From a bacterium UBA6025 (lineage in GTDB: Bacteria; Patescibacteriota; Saccharimonadia; Saccharimonadales; Saccharimonadaceae): 33,174 bases of DNA. A program made the position numbers and the translations under genes. Numbering within the stretch: the first letter of the stretch is position 1; every line of letters begins with the position of its first letter. The stretch covers positions 1 through 33,174 of the forward strand of contig DIZP01000036.1 of the NCBI GenBank assembly GCA_002429375.1. The letters are read 5' to 3'. Below are positions 10,899 through 20,566 of the stretch, piece after piece. Under the pieces are notes generated by a model. That model worked only from the letters and a program-made list of their open reading frames with translations, searched no databases and was not told the origin of the DNA.

Positions 10899-12328
10899 TG
10901 GGTAAGTCACCGATTGAATTCGGCAAACAACTCACCTCCCACACTACGCCAATCCCGGGTCTGATCGTCTACCACCTGCCCGTTCACGGTGATAGCCGTG
11001 GCTGGTTCAAAGAAAACTGGCAGCATGAAAAAATGACCTCTATCGGCCTGCCCGACCTTGGTCCGGTTCAAAATAACATCAGTTTTAACGAGCAGCGCGG
11101 TGTCACCCGCGGCATTCACGCCGAGCCGTGGGATAAATATATCTCTATCGCCACCGGGCGTATCTTTGGCGCCTGGGTTGACCTGCGCGAAGGCGATAGC
11201 TTCGGGACTGTGTTTACGACCGAGCTTGACCCGTCAAAGGCCATCTTTGTGCCTCGTGGCGTCGGCAACTCCTACCAGGCGCTCGAAGATAACACCGCCT
11301 ACACCTATTTGGTGAATGAGCACTGGAGCGCCGAAGCGCAATCCCAGTACACTTTCCTGAACCTAGCCGACAAAACGGCTAATATCCAATGGCCAATTCC
11401 ACTTGATCAAGCCGAGTTATCCGAAAAAGACAAACTGCATGCCAGCCTGGACGACGTCGTGCCGATGAAACCCAAAAAGACACTCATCGTCGGCGCCTAC
11501 GGCCAACTTGGGCGGGCGCTGCAGCTGGAATTTCCCGATGCTGAATGCGTTGACCGCGACACCTTTGACCTCAGCGACCCGGCGATTATCATTGCCCGCA
11601 ACTGGCGTCAATATGGATTGATCCTCAATGCCGCCGCCTACACAGCCGTTGATTTGGCCGAGACCGATGATGGCCGAAAAGACGCCTGGGAAAGCAACGC
11701 TAGCGCTCTGACCAATTTAGCCCACATCTCGAATAACTTCGGCGTGACCTTGGTCCATATTTCAAGCGATTACGTCTTTGACGGCACGATAGCCAATCAC
11801 CTCGAGACAGAGCGGTTTAGCCCACTTGGTGTCTACGGCCAAACCAAAGCGGCCGGTGATCTTGTCATTACTTCTTCCAAGCGGAGTTATATCGTCCGCA
11901 CCTCGTGGGTAATTGGCGACGGCAACAACTTTGTCCGCACCATGCGCTCGCTGGCCGAGAAAGGTGTCAAGCCCAGTGTCGTCAACGACCAGATCGGTCG
12001 CCTGACCTTCACTAGTGACCTGGCTAGGGCTGTTAAACACCTGGTAGATACGGATGTCGAATATGGCACCTACAATCTCACCGGTGGTGGCCCCAGCGCT
12101 AGCTGGGCGGACGTCGCCGCTGACGTCTACGAGCTGACCGGCCACGATAGGAACGACGTGATGGGCGTAACCACGGCCGACTATTACGCCGGCAAAACAG
12201 GAATCGCCCCACGCCCCTTACAAAGTACTTTGAATCTTGATAAGATAAAAGCCACAGGTTTCGTTCCAACAGATTGGCGCGAGGCATTACAAGAATATTT
12301 ATCGGGTGGCGATAAGGAGAACTCGTGA
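10898..12328 (+). CDS. rmlCD: Fused dTDP-4-dehydrorhamnose 3,5-epimerase (RmlC-like, N-terminal) / dTDP-4-dehydrorhamnose reductase (RmlD, C-terminal)
   Basis: 476 aa. The N-terminal ~190 aa ([23 protein letters not shown]...) are cupin/epimerase-like. The C-terminal ~285 aa ([14 protein letters not shown]..., [18 protein letters not shown]) are RmlD-like. The start ATG overlaps the rmlB stop (TAATG). Confidence 0.85.
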
Positions 12329-13173
12329 AGGGAATTATTTTAGCAGGCGGTTCAGGTTCACGACTGTGGCCGATTACCAAGGGTATTAGCAAGCAGCTGA
12401 TGCCGATTTATGACAAGCCGATGATCTACTACCCGCTCACCACCCTGATGCTGGCGGGTATCAAAGACATCCTGATTATCACGACACCCGAAGACCAGTC
12501 CCAGTTCCAACGCCTACTAGGCGATGGCTCGCAATGGGGTATCCACTTGCAGTATACCGTCCAGCCCTCACCAGACGGCCTGGCCCAAGCCTTTATCATT
12601 GGCGAGGAGTTCATCGGCAGCGATAGCGTCGCGCTGGTACTGGGTGACAATATTTTCCATGGCTCAGATCTTGGCACGTCACTTAAAACTTGTATTGATC
12701 CAAACGGTGGTACGGTCTTTGCTTACCGCGTCTCCGACCCGGAACGTTATGGTGTAGTTGAGTTTGACGAAAATAATCAGGCGATCTCAATCGAAGAAAA
12801 ACCCAGCCAACCAAAGTCAGACTTTGCCGTGGTTGGCCTGTATTTTTACGACAATGACGTTGTCGAGATTGCTAAAAACGTCCAACCCAGCGAACGTGGC
12901 GAACTCGAGATAACTAGTATTAACGCGGAATACCTGAAACGCGGTAAACTGACCGTCACGACACTCGATCGCGGCGATGTCTGGCTCGACACCGGTACGA
13001 TTGATTCCATGACCGACGCGGCCGACTATATCCGAGTCGTCCAAACTCGTACCGGCCTGATTATCGGCAGCCCCGAAGAGGTTGCTTATCGCGAAGGATT
13101 TATAAATGCCGAGCAACTGGCCGTACAAGCAGCTCCACTTAAAAAATCAGGGTATGGTGACTATCTAAAATAA
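12325..13173 (+). CDS. rmlA: Glucose-1-phosphate thymidylyltransferase
   Basis: GTG start overlaps the rmlCD stop (GTGA). [17 protein letters not shown]...LGDNIF... is the canonical RmlA signature. Confidence 0.9.
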   Translation: MKGIILAGGSGSRLWPITKGISKQLMPIYDKPMIYYPLTTLMLAGIKDILIITTPEDQSQFQRLLGDGSQWGIHLQYTVQPSPDGLAQAFIIGEEFIGSDSVALVLGDNIFHGSDLGTSLKTCIDPNGGTVFAYRVSDPERYGVVEFDENNQAISIEEKPSQPKSDFAVVGLYFYDNDVVEIAKNVQPSERGELEITSINAEYLKRGKLTVTTLDRGDVWLDTGTIDSMTDAADYIRVVQTRTGLIIGSPEEVAYREGFINAEQLAVQAAPLKKSGYGDYLK

Positions 13174-13235
13174 TGCCAAATAGGCTCAGCAAATGGAAAA
13201 TCTTGTTACGGCAAGTCTTTGGAGTGTAGCTAACT

Positions 13236-13649
13236 TTAGTTGTCTCGAGTTTGATTGTATATAAACCTATTGGATGTAAAATAGTTTACGATCATACCTA
13301 CCAAGCTGCCTATTCCTACACATATAAAAACTGCGTAGGTTAAATCTTTAAGAAATGTTATTGAAATAGCATACACGACGTAATTAACAACAGCCCCAAA
13401 AATCATAAGACTTAGATAGTGCGTATATTCTTTCCATAATTTATTATGCAGAGATTTTTTATTCCTAAAAGTTAGGTTGCGGTTAATTAGCCATGTGACT
13501 GTGGCGGCCGTAGCAAACGCAGGTATACGGGAAACATAAGCCCCAAGCAATGGTATTAGAAAAAAAGTAATTGTTGCGTCAACTAAGTAGCCCGCTACTC
13601 CAGAAATTCCAAACAAGAATAATTGTCTTACGATTGTCTTATTTATCAC
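13236..13649 (-). CDS. GtrA-family membrane protein (putative polyprenyl-phosphate-sugar flippase)
   Basis: 137 aa with four hydrophobic helices. The N-terminal RQLFLFGISGVAGYLVDATITF matches the GtrA pattern. It overlaps the upstream GT2 by 11 bp. Low-GC sequence. Confidence 0.75.
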   Translation of the reverse strand: MINKTIVRQLFLFGISGVAGYLVDATITFFLIPLLGAYVSRIPAFATAATVTWLINRNLTFRNKKSLHNKLWKEYTHYLSLMIFGAVVNYVVYAISITFLKDLTYAVFICVGIGSLVGMIVNYFTSNRFIYNQTRDN

Positions 13650-14592
13650 TCTGTAGCAAACCTCTGATCGACGGTATGCTTAAATACTTCATATGCTTTG
13701 CTTCGCGTCGGCCCTGGGTTACGGTTCGCAGGACGATACCAATAGTAATTGACAGAAATCCGCAAATTGCCAATGAGACAGCGAAGACAAATGTTGGTAT
13801 TTTTGGCACAAGGTGAATCTGAGTAAATTCAATCAATAACGGAATAATTAATATGAGGGCTACGAGCTCAAGAACAGCACCGATTATTCCCCAAAACTCT
13901 CGCGGTTTCTCTGTTGAGTAGAGCCGAAAAATCATTCTTAAGATTTTTACACCATCTTTGTATGTCGACAGCTTACTTACGGAGCCTTCTGGGCGCTCTG
14001 AGTATGGCGTGCTGACTTCCCCATACGGCAAACGCATCTCAAGTGCGTGTACAGATAGTTCAGTTTCCGTCTCAAAACCATATGAGTCAGCCGTAAATGA
14101 CTTAACGAAGCGACGCGAAAATACCCTATAGCCAGAAAGCATGTCGGTGAAGTTACCGTCAAAAATTCTCTGCACCGAACCAGTCAATAGCTTATTGCCA
14201 AGTCGATGTCCTGGGCGATAATTTTCATTATCAGTCGACTCTTCAGCTCGACAACCCACTACCATATCAAGGTCTTCGTCAATCAATTTCTGTACCATAC
14301 CCGAAGCAGATGCAGCGTCATAGGTTGCATCGCCATCAACCATAATATAGATATCAGCATCGACATCAGCAAACATACGACGAACGACATTACCTTTTCC
14401 TGCCAATTTAACAAACTTAACTATTGCGCCGGCCTTTGATGCAACTTTTGAAGTGTTATCTTGTGAATTATTATCAAAGACATAAACACTAGCCTGTGGT
14501 AGTGTTTTTTTGAAATCCTCAACGACTGTAGCAATAGCTGCTTCTTCGTTGTAGCATGGAATAATTACTGCGGTTCGTGGTCGATTACTCAT
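13639..14592 (-). CDS. GT2 glycosyltransferase, GtrB/DPM1-like polyprenyl-phosphate sugar synthase with C-terminal transmembrane helices
   Basis: 317 aa. AVIIPCYNEE, VFDNNSQDNT and MVDGDATY motifs, with a hydrophobic C-terminus. Confidence 0.8.
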   Translation of the reverse strand: MSNRPRTAVIIPCYNEEAAIATVVEDFKKTLPQASVYVFDNNSQDNTSKVASKAGAIVKFVKLAGKGNVVRRMFADVDADIYIMVDGDATYDAASASGMVQKLIDEDLDMVVGCRAEESTDNENYRPGHRLGNKLLTGSVQRIFDGNFTDMLSGYRVFSRRFVKSFTADSYGFETETELSVHALEMRLPYGEVSTPYSERPEGSVSKLSTYKDGVKILRMIFRLYSTEKPREFWGIIGAVLELVALILIIPLLIEFTQIHLVPKIPTFVFAVSLAICGFLSITIGIVLRTVTQGRREAKHMKYLSIPSIRGLLQSDK

Positions 14593-14803
14593 TGTGTTAA
14601 CTAACTCCTGTGATGTTATTGTAACATGGCGGTTAAGCGTTTATCTGAATTCAAAACTACGAGAACCTACCGTAATACATAGCTCTATATGCTTTTAGCG
14701 CATTAATATTGACTAATCTAGAGCTACTGATAATTGTCAAAGATACAATAGTATAATGCTTGTAATTATAGTATAATAAAACAAAAGGCGTTTAAAATAA
14801 ACA

Positions 14804-15361
14804 ATGAAATATGTAACCAAAAAAACATTTCCAAAAAAAATAATCATCGCTAGCGCCGTGATCATATTACTGGTTGCGGGGGCACTGACGTATGTATATG
14901 CTTTTAACGGCAACCTATTCGGCTGGAAAGCGTCCAATAACGTGCCCAGTGGCAATAACAAAATTGATTATGGTCCAGCGACATCTGAGCAGCAAAAAGC
15001 CGGAACTAATACTAAAACCAGCTCAGCCGACACTCCGCCCGCTCCTACACCAATTCCAAGCAGTACAAAGAAAAACGTTCAAGTTACTATTACGGCCGCA
15101 AATCAAAATGGATCAATCCTCCAGATTAGAGCCCTTATCGGTGCTGTCGAAAATACAGGTACATGTACCCTCGTCCTTACGCGTGCAGGACAATCTTCTG
15201 TTACAAAAACCGCTGGTACGCAAGCACTTTCGAGTACCTCAACCTGCCAGGGCTTCGACGTACCGACCTCTGAATTGTCCACCGGAACATGGCAAGCGCT
15301 TATTACCTATGACAGCCACACACTCACCGGATCTGCAACAAAAAGCATAACGGTACAGTAA
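14804..15361 (+). CDS. Signal-anchored secreted/surface protein of unknown function (Pro/Thr/Ser linker plus a Cys-containing beta-rich domain)
   Basis: 185 aa. N-terminal KK-rich segment followed by the hydrophobic helix IIIASAVIILLVAGALTYVYAF, then a low-complexity TSSADTPPAPTPIPSS linker. No recognisable catalytic motif. Confidence 0.5.
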   Translation: MKYVTKKTFPKKIIIASAVIILLVAGALTYVYAFNGNLFGWKASNNVPSGNNKIDYGPATSEQQKAGTNTKTSSADTPPAPTPIPSSTKKNVQVTITAANQNGSILQIRALIGAVENTGTCTLVLTRAGQSSVTKTAGTQALSSTSTCQGFDVPTSELSTGTWQALITYDSHTLTGSATKSITVQ

Positions 15362-15367
15362 CCCATT

Positions 15368-17533
15368 ATGAATGAGGCCATACTAAACACCCTGACAAAA
15401 CATCAACGCCCCTCATCTATGTCGACTGGCACCCGTTACGCCATATATTTAGCATTATTCCTCGGGACTCTCTTCATTATGGCATCGAGCGTAACCTTTA
15501 ATACCGCCCACGCAAGTCCAGTGGTCGGATTTAACGCCGGGCGTATTATCGACGACGGTGTATTTACAAACAGCAGTTCGATGAATGTCAGTCAGATTCA
15601 AGCTTTTCTAAGTAGCAAAGTGGCTACGTGCGACACCAACGGGACTCAAATAGCATCCGAGTACGGCTCAAGCCTCACGCACGCACAATATGCCGCTTCA
15701 AAAGGCTGGGCCGCGCCCCCTTATACATGTCTTAAGGATTATAGTGAAAATGGTATTAGCTCCGCTCAGATTATCTACAACCTTTCCCAGCAATACCAAA
15801 TCAATCCGCAAGTTTTTATTGTGTTATTACAAAAGGAGCAGGGGCTTGTTACCGACACCTGGCCACTATCTACACAATACCGTACCGCGACGGGTTACGG
15901 CTGTCCTGACACCGCAGCCTGTGACACAACTTACTACGGTTTTACCAATCAAGTAACCTGGTCAGCTAAGATGTTCCGAGCGGTCATAAACAACAGCCCC
16001 ACTTGGTATTCCCCCTATATACTTGGCAACAACAATATCCAATGGAACCCAAGTAGCTCATGCGGTAGCTCTACAGTAAACATCCAGAACCGTTCAACTC
16101 AGGCATTGTACGACTACACTCCATATCAACCAAATCAAGCCGCCCTTGACGCCGGCTATGGAATGGGTAATAGCTGTAGTGCTTACGGAAACCGCAATTT
16201 CTATCTGTACTTTACAGATTGGTTCGGGTCGACCTATTTCACACCGGTCACAAAATGTGACAGCAAAATTACAGGAGTTGTTTGCGTATGGAGCGTAAGA
16301 AAAAGTGATGGCTCACAATTCCTCACGTCGTCCGAGACCGAGCTAAGCAGCGCAATGTATAGTTACGGTTGGATCGATGAGGGTATCGATTTTTATGCGT
16401 CAAGTACACAAAAATCGGGAACAGTGCCCATTCATCGTTTACTCAATAACAACACGCACTATTACACTGCAGACCAGTCAGAATATAGTAGCCTGCTAAG
16501 TGCTGGTGGCTGGATAGATGAAGGCGTTCCGTTCTACGTCTACCCCTCGACCACTTCAACCAACGCATCGCACGGGATTTATCGGCTATATAACTCCAGT
16601 CTGAATCAGCATTATTGGACTCTTGATGAAAACATGAAGACCTATCTCATCAATACGGGCTATTCGCTGGAATCGAGCCCCTTCAACACCTTTAGTGGCC
16701 TGGTAGATCTGCCAATACCGGCGACCGGACGAATAAATATTTATGGGCTTAAGGAAAATGTTGGCCATTTCTACACGACGAGTTTACCTGAACTGGAATC
16801 TGTAGTTAAGCGGGGCTACCCGTATGATGGCGTGCTGACTACGGCGAGCGAAGCCAACGCTGGTACGGCAATATATCGGCTACAGTCTGCCGGTCGGCAC
16901 TTCTACACTGCCAATGCCTCTGAACGAGATCTCGCCGTATCTAAGTATGGGTACACGTATGAAGGAATCGGATTCTATCTCGATGACAGCAGTGCTCAAA
17001 TTTATCGACTAGACAACACAGAGAACGGTGGCTATCTATACACCAGCAATATTGACGATGTCATGGCACTCGCAAACGCTAACGGATGGGCCTACGAAGA
17101 TGTGCTTGTCGACAAAAATAGTAACCCTTCCCCCGTGTATAGATTCCTGAATATATTGAATAACAGACACTTTTATACAATTGACATAAACGAAGGTGCA
17201 CGAATAGCCAACAAGGGCTGGAAGTATGAGACGGTTGCATTCTACGCAGACACAAGCACCGGCCTACCCGTTTACCGACTACTCTCGTACGATAAGCATT
17301 TCTACACCACTAATGCTTCTGAGCGAGATCTCGCCGTAAGCAAGTATGGGTACGTGTATGAAGGGATAGCTTTTTACGTCAGTCAAACCGTAACGGGCCA
17401 GCCAGCCTACCGACTACAGGGAGGGAATGACGAGTACTTTTACACCGCCAGCAGCTCAGAAAAAGATCTCGCCGTAAGCAAGTATGGGTACGTGTATGAG
17501 GGTGAGGGATTCTATCTCCCGCCGGGTAACTAG
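15368..17533 (+). CDS. Secreted protein with an N-terminal Cys-rich domain (possible cell-wall hydrolase-like) and nine C-terminal ~45-55-aa repeats (YRL..x..HFYT..x..E...GW/Y.YEG..FY, DUF5648-like)
   Basis: 721 aa. The signal peptide ends ...NTAHA/SP. Nine tandem repeat modules run from about residue 305 to the C-terminus. The N-terminal domain motif INPQVFIVLLQKEQGLV resembles peptidoglycan-hydrolase-associated domains, but that assignment is tentative. Confidence 0.6.
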   Translation: MNEAILNTLTKHQRPSSMSTGTRYAIYLALFLGTLFIMASSVTFNTAHASPVVGFNAGRIIDDGVFTNSSSMNVSQIQAFLSSKVATCDTNGTQIASEYGSSLTHAQYAASKGWAAPPYTCLKDYSENGISSAQIIYNLSQQYQINPQVFIVLLQKEQGLVTDTWPLSTQYRTATGYGCPDTAACDTTYYGFTNQVTWSAKMFRAVINNSPTWYSPYILGNNNIQWNPSSSCGSSTVNIQNRSTQALYDYTPYQPNQAALDAGYGMGNSCSAYGNRNFYLYFTDWFGSTYFTPVTKCDSKITGVVCVWSVRKSDGSQFLTSSETELSSAMYSYGWIDEGIDFYASSTQKSGTVPIHRLLNNNTHYYTADQSEYSSLLSAGGWIDEGVPFYVYPSTTSTNASHGIYRLYNSSLNQHYWTLDENMKTYLINTGYSLESSPFNTFSGLVDLPIPATGRINIYGLKENVGHFYTTSLPELESVVKRGYPYDGVLTTASEANAGTAIYRLQSAGRHFYTANASERDLAVSKYGYTYEGIGFYLDDSSAQIYRLDNTENGGYLYTSNIDDVMALANANGWAYEDVLVDKNSNPSPVYRFLNILNNRHFYTIDINEGARIANKGWKYETVAFYADTSTGLPVYRLLSYDKHFYTTNASERDLAVSKYGYVYEGIAFYVSQTVTGQPAYRLQGGNDEYFYTASSSEKDLAVSKYGYVYEGEGFYLPPGN
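16280..17530 (+). repeat. Intragenic tandem repeat region (nine protein-level modules) including a 35-bp perfect DNA repeat at 17327-17361 and 17465-17499
   Basis: GATCTCGCCGTAAGCAAGTATGGGTACGTGTATGA occurs twice exactly. A diverged third copy lies near 16928-16962. Confidence 0.85.
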
Positions 17534-17619
17534 TTTGGAGCTACGCGACACTTCTTATTCTCCCTGTTGTAGTGTATTATTTGTCATAGCGCACCAACCA
17601 ACAATGGCTATAAGTTAGT

Positions 17620-19254
17620 ATGAAAATAGTTACGTTACCTTCTATAAAAACTGCTCTGAGATTATCCTATATAGGTAAGGCCGAGATGTTATTCTCTGCT
17701 ATTTTTACTGTAATCCTAGTGTCTGGCTACCTCCTATCGACATATGGAAGTCTAGACGCCGCCCCCCTAGGCGCAGGATCAATCTTGGTATACCTTTGTG
17801 GATCGGTAGTTATTTGGGCCATATTACTCTTTTGTTTCGCAGCTACCAAGCAATCACTGTTACGAAAATACGAAACCACTCGAGTCGCCTTACTGGAAAA
17901 CTTCTCGGACAAAAAATTATGGCTCCTGACTTCCCTCGCAATATTTATCTGTTATCTTCCAATAATCTTACTATCCCTCTCCGTCTTGACCCCCGACTCT
18001 TGGAGTAGTATTGCCCAATCAACCGGTGGAGCGCCCCTAAGCAATGCTCATCCTATAATTTTTACGACATTTGTGAGTATCTTTATCCATATCGGCTTGT
18101 TGTTTGGAAGCGTGGAGGTTGGCGCCCTACTCTTTTCGCTCGTTCAGTCGGCAATTTTGGCGATGATTTTTGCTCAAATTATCGTGTGGATGCGCAAAGA
18201 AAAAATCAGCAGAGGTGTGATCATTGCAACATTTCTTTTTTATGCAATTCTGCCGATCAACGCCATCGCTGGGATTATCATGTGGAAGGATGTCTTATTT
18301 GCAGGCTTCGGTCTTTTATTCTTAATGCTACTACGGCAACTATACATAGAGAAGGATGCGTTCTTCACTAAGAAAAATGTTATATATTTTATCTTACTTG
18401 CGTTTTTATTTTGTACTTGGAGAAATAACGGTTTCTATGCATATCTTCTTTTCTTGATCTTAGCTATTATTATAAATCGAAAAACATTCTTCAATAAGAA
18501 GTATTTGTCCCTATTACTCTCGCCAATCTTTATGTTCGTTGGTTACTCGGTTTTAGTCACGTTAATAACAAGCCCGGCTCCAGGTACAGTAATGATGACA
18601 GTGCCCCTACAGCAAATTGCCCGAACAGTTAAATATCATAGCAACTCTATTTCCGAAGAAGATAGGCATACAATAGGCGAGATACTCTCTTACGAACAAC
18701 TGGGCAAAGTTTATAACCCAAACCTAGCAGATCCCGTATTATATACCTTCAATGAAAAGGTGTTCAAGGAAAATGAAGGTAAATACATAAAATTATGGTT
18801 TAAACTTTTTATGGAACATAAGAAAACGTATATAGCCGCATCTCTATATAACACCTACGGATATGTCTATCCATTTAGCTCGTCCTCTACAATAACTGAT
18901 ATCACAATGGATAACGCAAGCCATTTTAACGCCCTGAAAGGATACTCTGACATCGCCTATAGCGATGGTGGCAAGCTGGCAGTAGGAAAGTACCGGGATC
19001 TTATTATGAGCATAGTTCCTCTCTTTCGTAATATAGGCTTCTACACTTGTATCATTCTACTCGGAGCATACATCGCGGTTATTAGAAGAAGACGGGAGCT
19101 TACAGGAGTATTTGTCATTCTGTCGTGTTTGTTCCTTACCACTATACTAGGCCCCGTCAACGGAGAGTTTAGGTACCTATACTTGTTTGTCATAGCTGCT
19201 CCATTTGTCATCGGGGCGGTCAATTCTGGTCATAATCTTAAGAGGAGTAAGTAA
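17620..19254 (+). CDS. Large polytopic membrane protein, GT-C-like glycosyltransferase/polymerase candidate
   Basis: 544 aa with more than 10 hydrophobic helices and a soluble loop of about 110 aa (residues ~330-440). It is located inside the polysaccharide island near a gtrA/gtrB-like pair. Confidence 0.5.
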   Translation: MKIVTLPSIKTALRLSYIGKAEMLFSAIFTVILVSGYLLSTYGSLDAAPLGAGSILVYLCGSVVIWAILLFCFAATKQSLLRKYETTRVALLENFSDKKLWLLTSLAIFICYLPIILLSLSVLTPDSWSSIAQSTGGAPLSNAHPIIFTTFVSIFIHIGLLFGSVEVGALLFSLVQSAILAMIFAQIIVWMRKEKISRGVIIATFLFYAILPINAIAGIIMWKDVLFAGFGLLFLMLLRQLYIEKDAFFTKKNVIYFILLAFLFCTWRNNGFYAYLLFLILAIIINRKTFFNKKYLSLLLSPIFMFVGYSVLVTLITSPAPGTVMMTVPLQQIARTVKYHSNSISEEDRHTIGEILSYEQLGKVYNPNLADPVLYTFNEKVFKENEGKYIKLWFKLFMEHKKTYIAASLYNTYGYVYPFSSSSTITDITMDNASHFNALKGYSDIAYSDGGKLAVGKYRDLIMSIVPLFRNIGFYTCIILLGAYIAVIRRRRELTGVFVILSCLFLTTILGPVNGEFRYLYLFVIAAPFVIGAVNSGHNLKRSK

Positions 19255-19258
19255 AGTC

Positions 19259-20548
19259 ATGGTTAAAAAATTATTTATTAAAGATTACTTACGGAAATCT
19301 ACATTATTAGTTAAGACCTACAGAAAAACCAAGAATCTATCTCCGGCAACAAGGCAACGGCTGCTTCGAATATCGCGCATTAAGAATATCCCAAAATGGA
19401 GACGTTACCAGAACTATGTACTAAACCAACAGCTTAATAAGCAGGACTTCGTACCTATAACCGAAAAAAAGTATTCTGGTAAAGCACCGAAGAAATTAAT
19501 CGCCTATTATCTGCCACAGTACTATCAAATCCCTCAAAACGACGAGTGGTTTGGTCGAGGCTTTACCGAGTGGAGCAACTGTGCAAAAGCAGTGCCTCAA
19601 TTTGAAGGGCACTGGCAGCCACATCTACCTATAGATGTAGGCTTCTACAATCTTGAAACGACCCACGCAATGCACCGCCAGATGGAACTCGCAAAAATGT
19701 ATGGTATTCAAGGGTTCTGTTTCTACTATTATTGGTTTTCTGGTGGCAACAAAATTATGGAAAAACCGATTAACAATTGGCTAAACGATAAAACATTAGA
19801 TTTCCCTTTCATGTTGTTTTGGGCAAATGAAGACTGGACAAATACGTGGGGCGAGCAGGCCCATATTGGCACTATGACCTATAGCGCAAAGATGAAGCCG
19901 AGCGACGTAGAAAAGTTTGTTAACGACATTCTGCCATTCTTTAAAGATAACCGGTACATAACTGTCGATGGCAGGCCTCATGTAATTATCTATCAATCCA
20001 AAAAAGACCCCTATCTTCCGGAGTTTATCAAAAAAATCGGTGAGTTGCTTGAAAAAGATGATATAAAAAAGCCCTATATTTCATTAGTGTTCCCGGATGA
20101 TTTTGATAAAGATTTTGATCCAAGAGATTTCGGTGCTGATGCGGCGGTCGAATTTGGTGCACATCTAAAAACTATGCCGAAGAATATTCCGATTCTGGCA
20201 ACAAATAAAAAACTCATGAATCCGTTAGCAAAGGTTACTGAGTACGATATGGATTCGTATATCAAAGAAGATACATTCTTATATAAAACGAGTTACCCAG
20301 TTTTCAAGGGAGCTATGACACACTTCGACAGCACTGCTCGGAAAATCTACACGGGCGCGCAAATATTTTCGACTCCACCCGAACTTTATCAAAAATGGCT
20401 GACAAAAATAATTAAAGAATCGCAAACAGACCAGGTTTTTATAACTGCATGGAATGAATGGGCTGAAGGAATGCATCTTGAACCCGATCAGAAATATGGA
20501 TATGCCTATCTTCAGGCGACAAAAAATGCGCTCGAAGATGCTTCATAA
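19259..20548 (+). CDS. Glycosyl transferase WbsX-family protein
   Basis: KLIAYYLPQYYQIPQNDEWFGRGFTEWSN is the hallmark N-terminal motif of the WbsX family. I set the start at ATG 19259, which has an AGGAG about 10 nt upstream, rather than the 19205 extension that overlaps the previous gene. Confidence 0.75.
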   Translation: MVKKLFIKDYLRKSTLLVKTYRKTKNLSPATRQRLLRISRIKNIPKWRRYQNYVLNQQLNKQDFVPITEKKYSGKAPKKLIAYYLPQYYQIPQNDEWFGRGFTEWSNCAKAVPQFEGHWQPHLPIDVGFYNLETTHAMHRQMELAKMYGIQGFCFYYYWFSGGNKIMEKPINNWLNDKTLDFPFMLFWANEDWTNTWGEQAHIGTMTYSAKMKPSDVEKFVNDILPFFKDNRYITVDGRPHVIIYQSKKDPYLPEFIKKIGELLEKDDIKKPYISLVFPDDFDKDFDPRDFGADAAVEFGAHLKTMPKNIPILATNKKLMNPLAKVTEYDMDSYIKEDTFLYKTSYPVFKGAMTHFDSTARKIYTGAQIFSTPPELYQKWLTKIIKESQTDQVFITAWNEWAEGMHLEPDQKYGYAYLQATKNALEDAS

Positions 20549-20566
20549 GCTTAATTAAATAAACAG

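Noticed and set aside
14819-14840. A7 and A8 homopolymer tracts at the 5' end of the 185-aa secreted protein gene, as slipped-strand phase-variation sites
   Set aside because: The tracts are short and encode the Lys-rich n-region expected of a signal anchor. Similar A7/T7 runs occur elsewhere in this AT-rich block (for example near 20026 and 27113). I cannot distinguish them from compositional background without population data.
14737-14961. 74-aa ORF on the minus strand overlapping the start of the 185-aa gene and the AT-rich promoter region
   Set aside because: It overlaps a better-supported + strand CDS and an AT-rich intergenic region containing two TAGTATAAT boxes (14750-14757 and 14770-14777). 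Its translation is a low-complexity hydrophobic string typical of AT-rich spurious ORFs.
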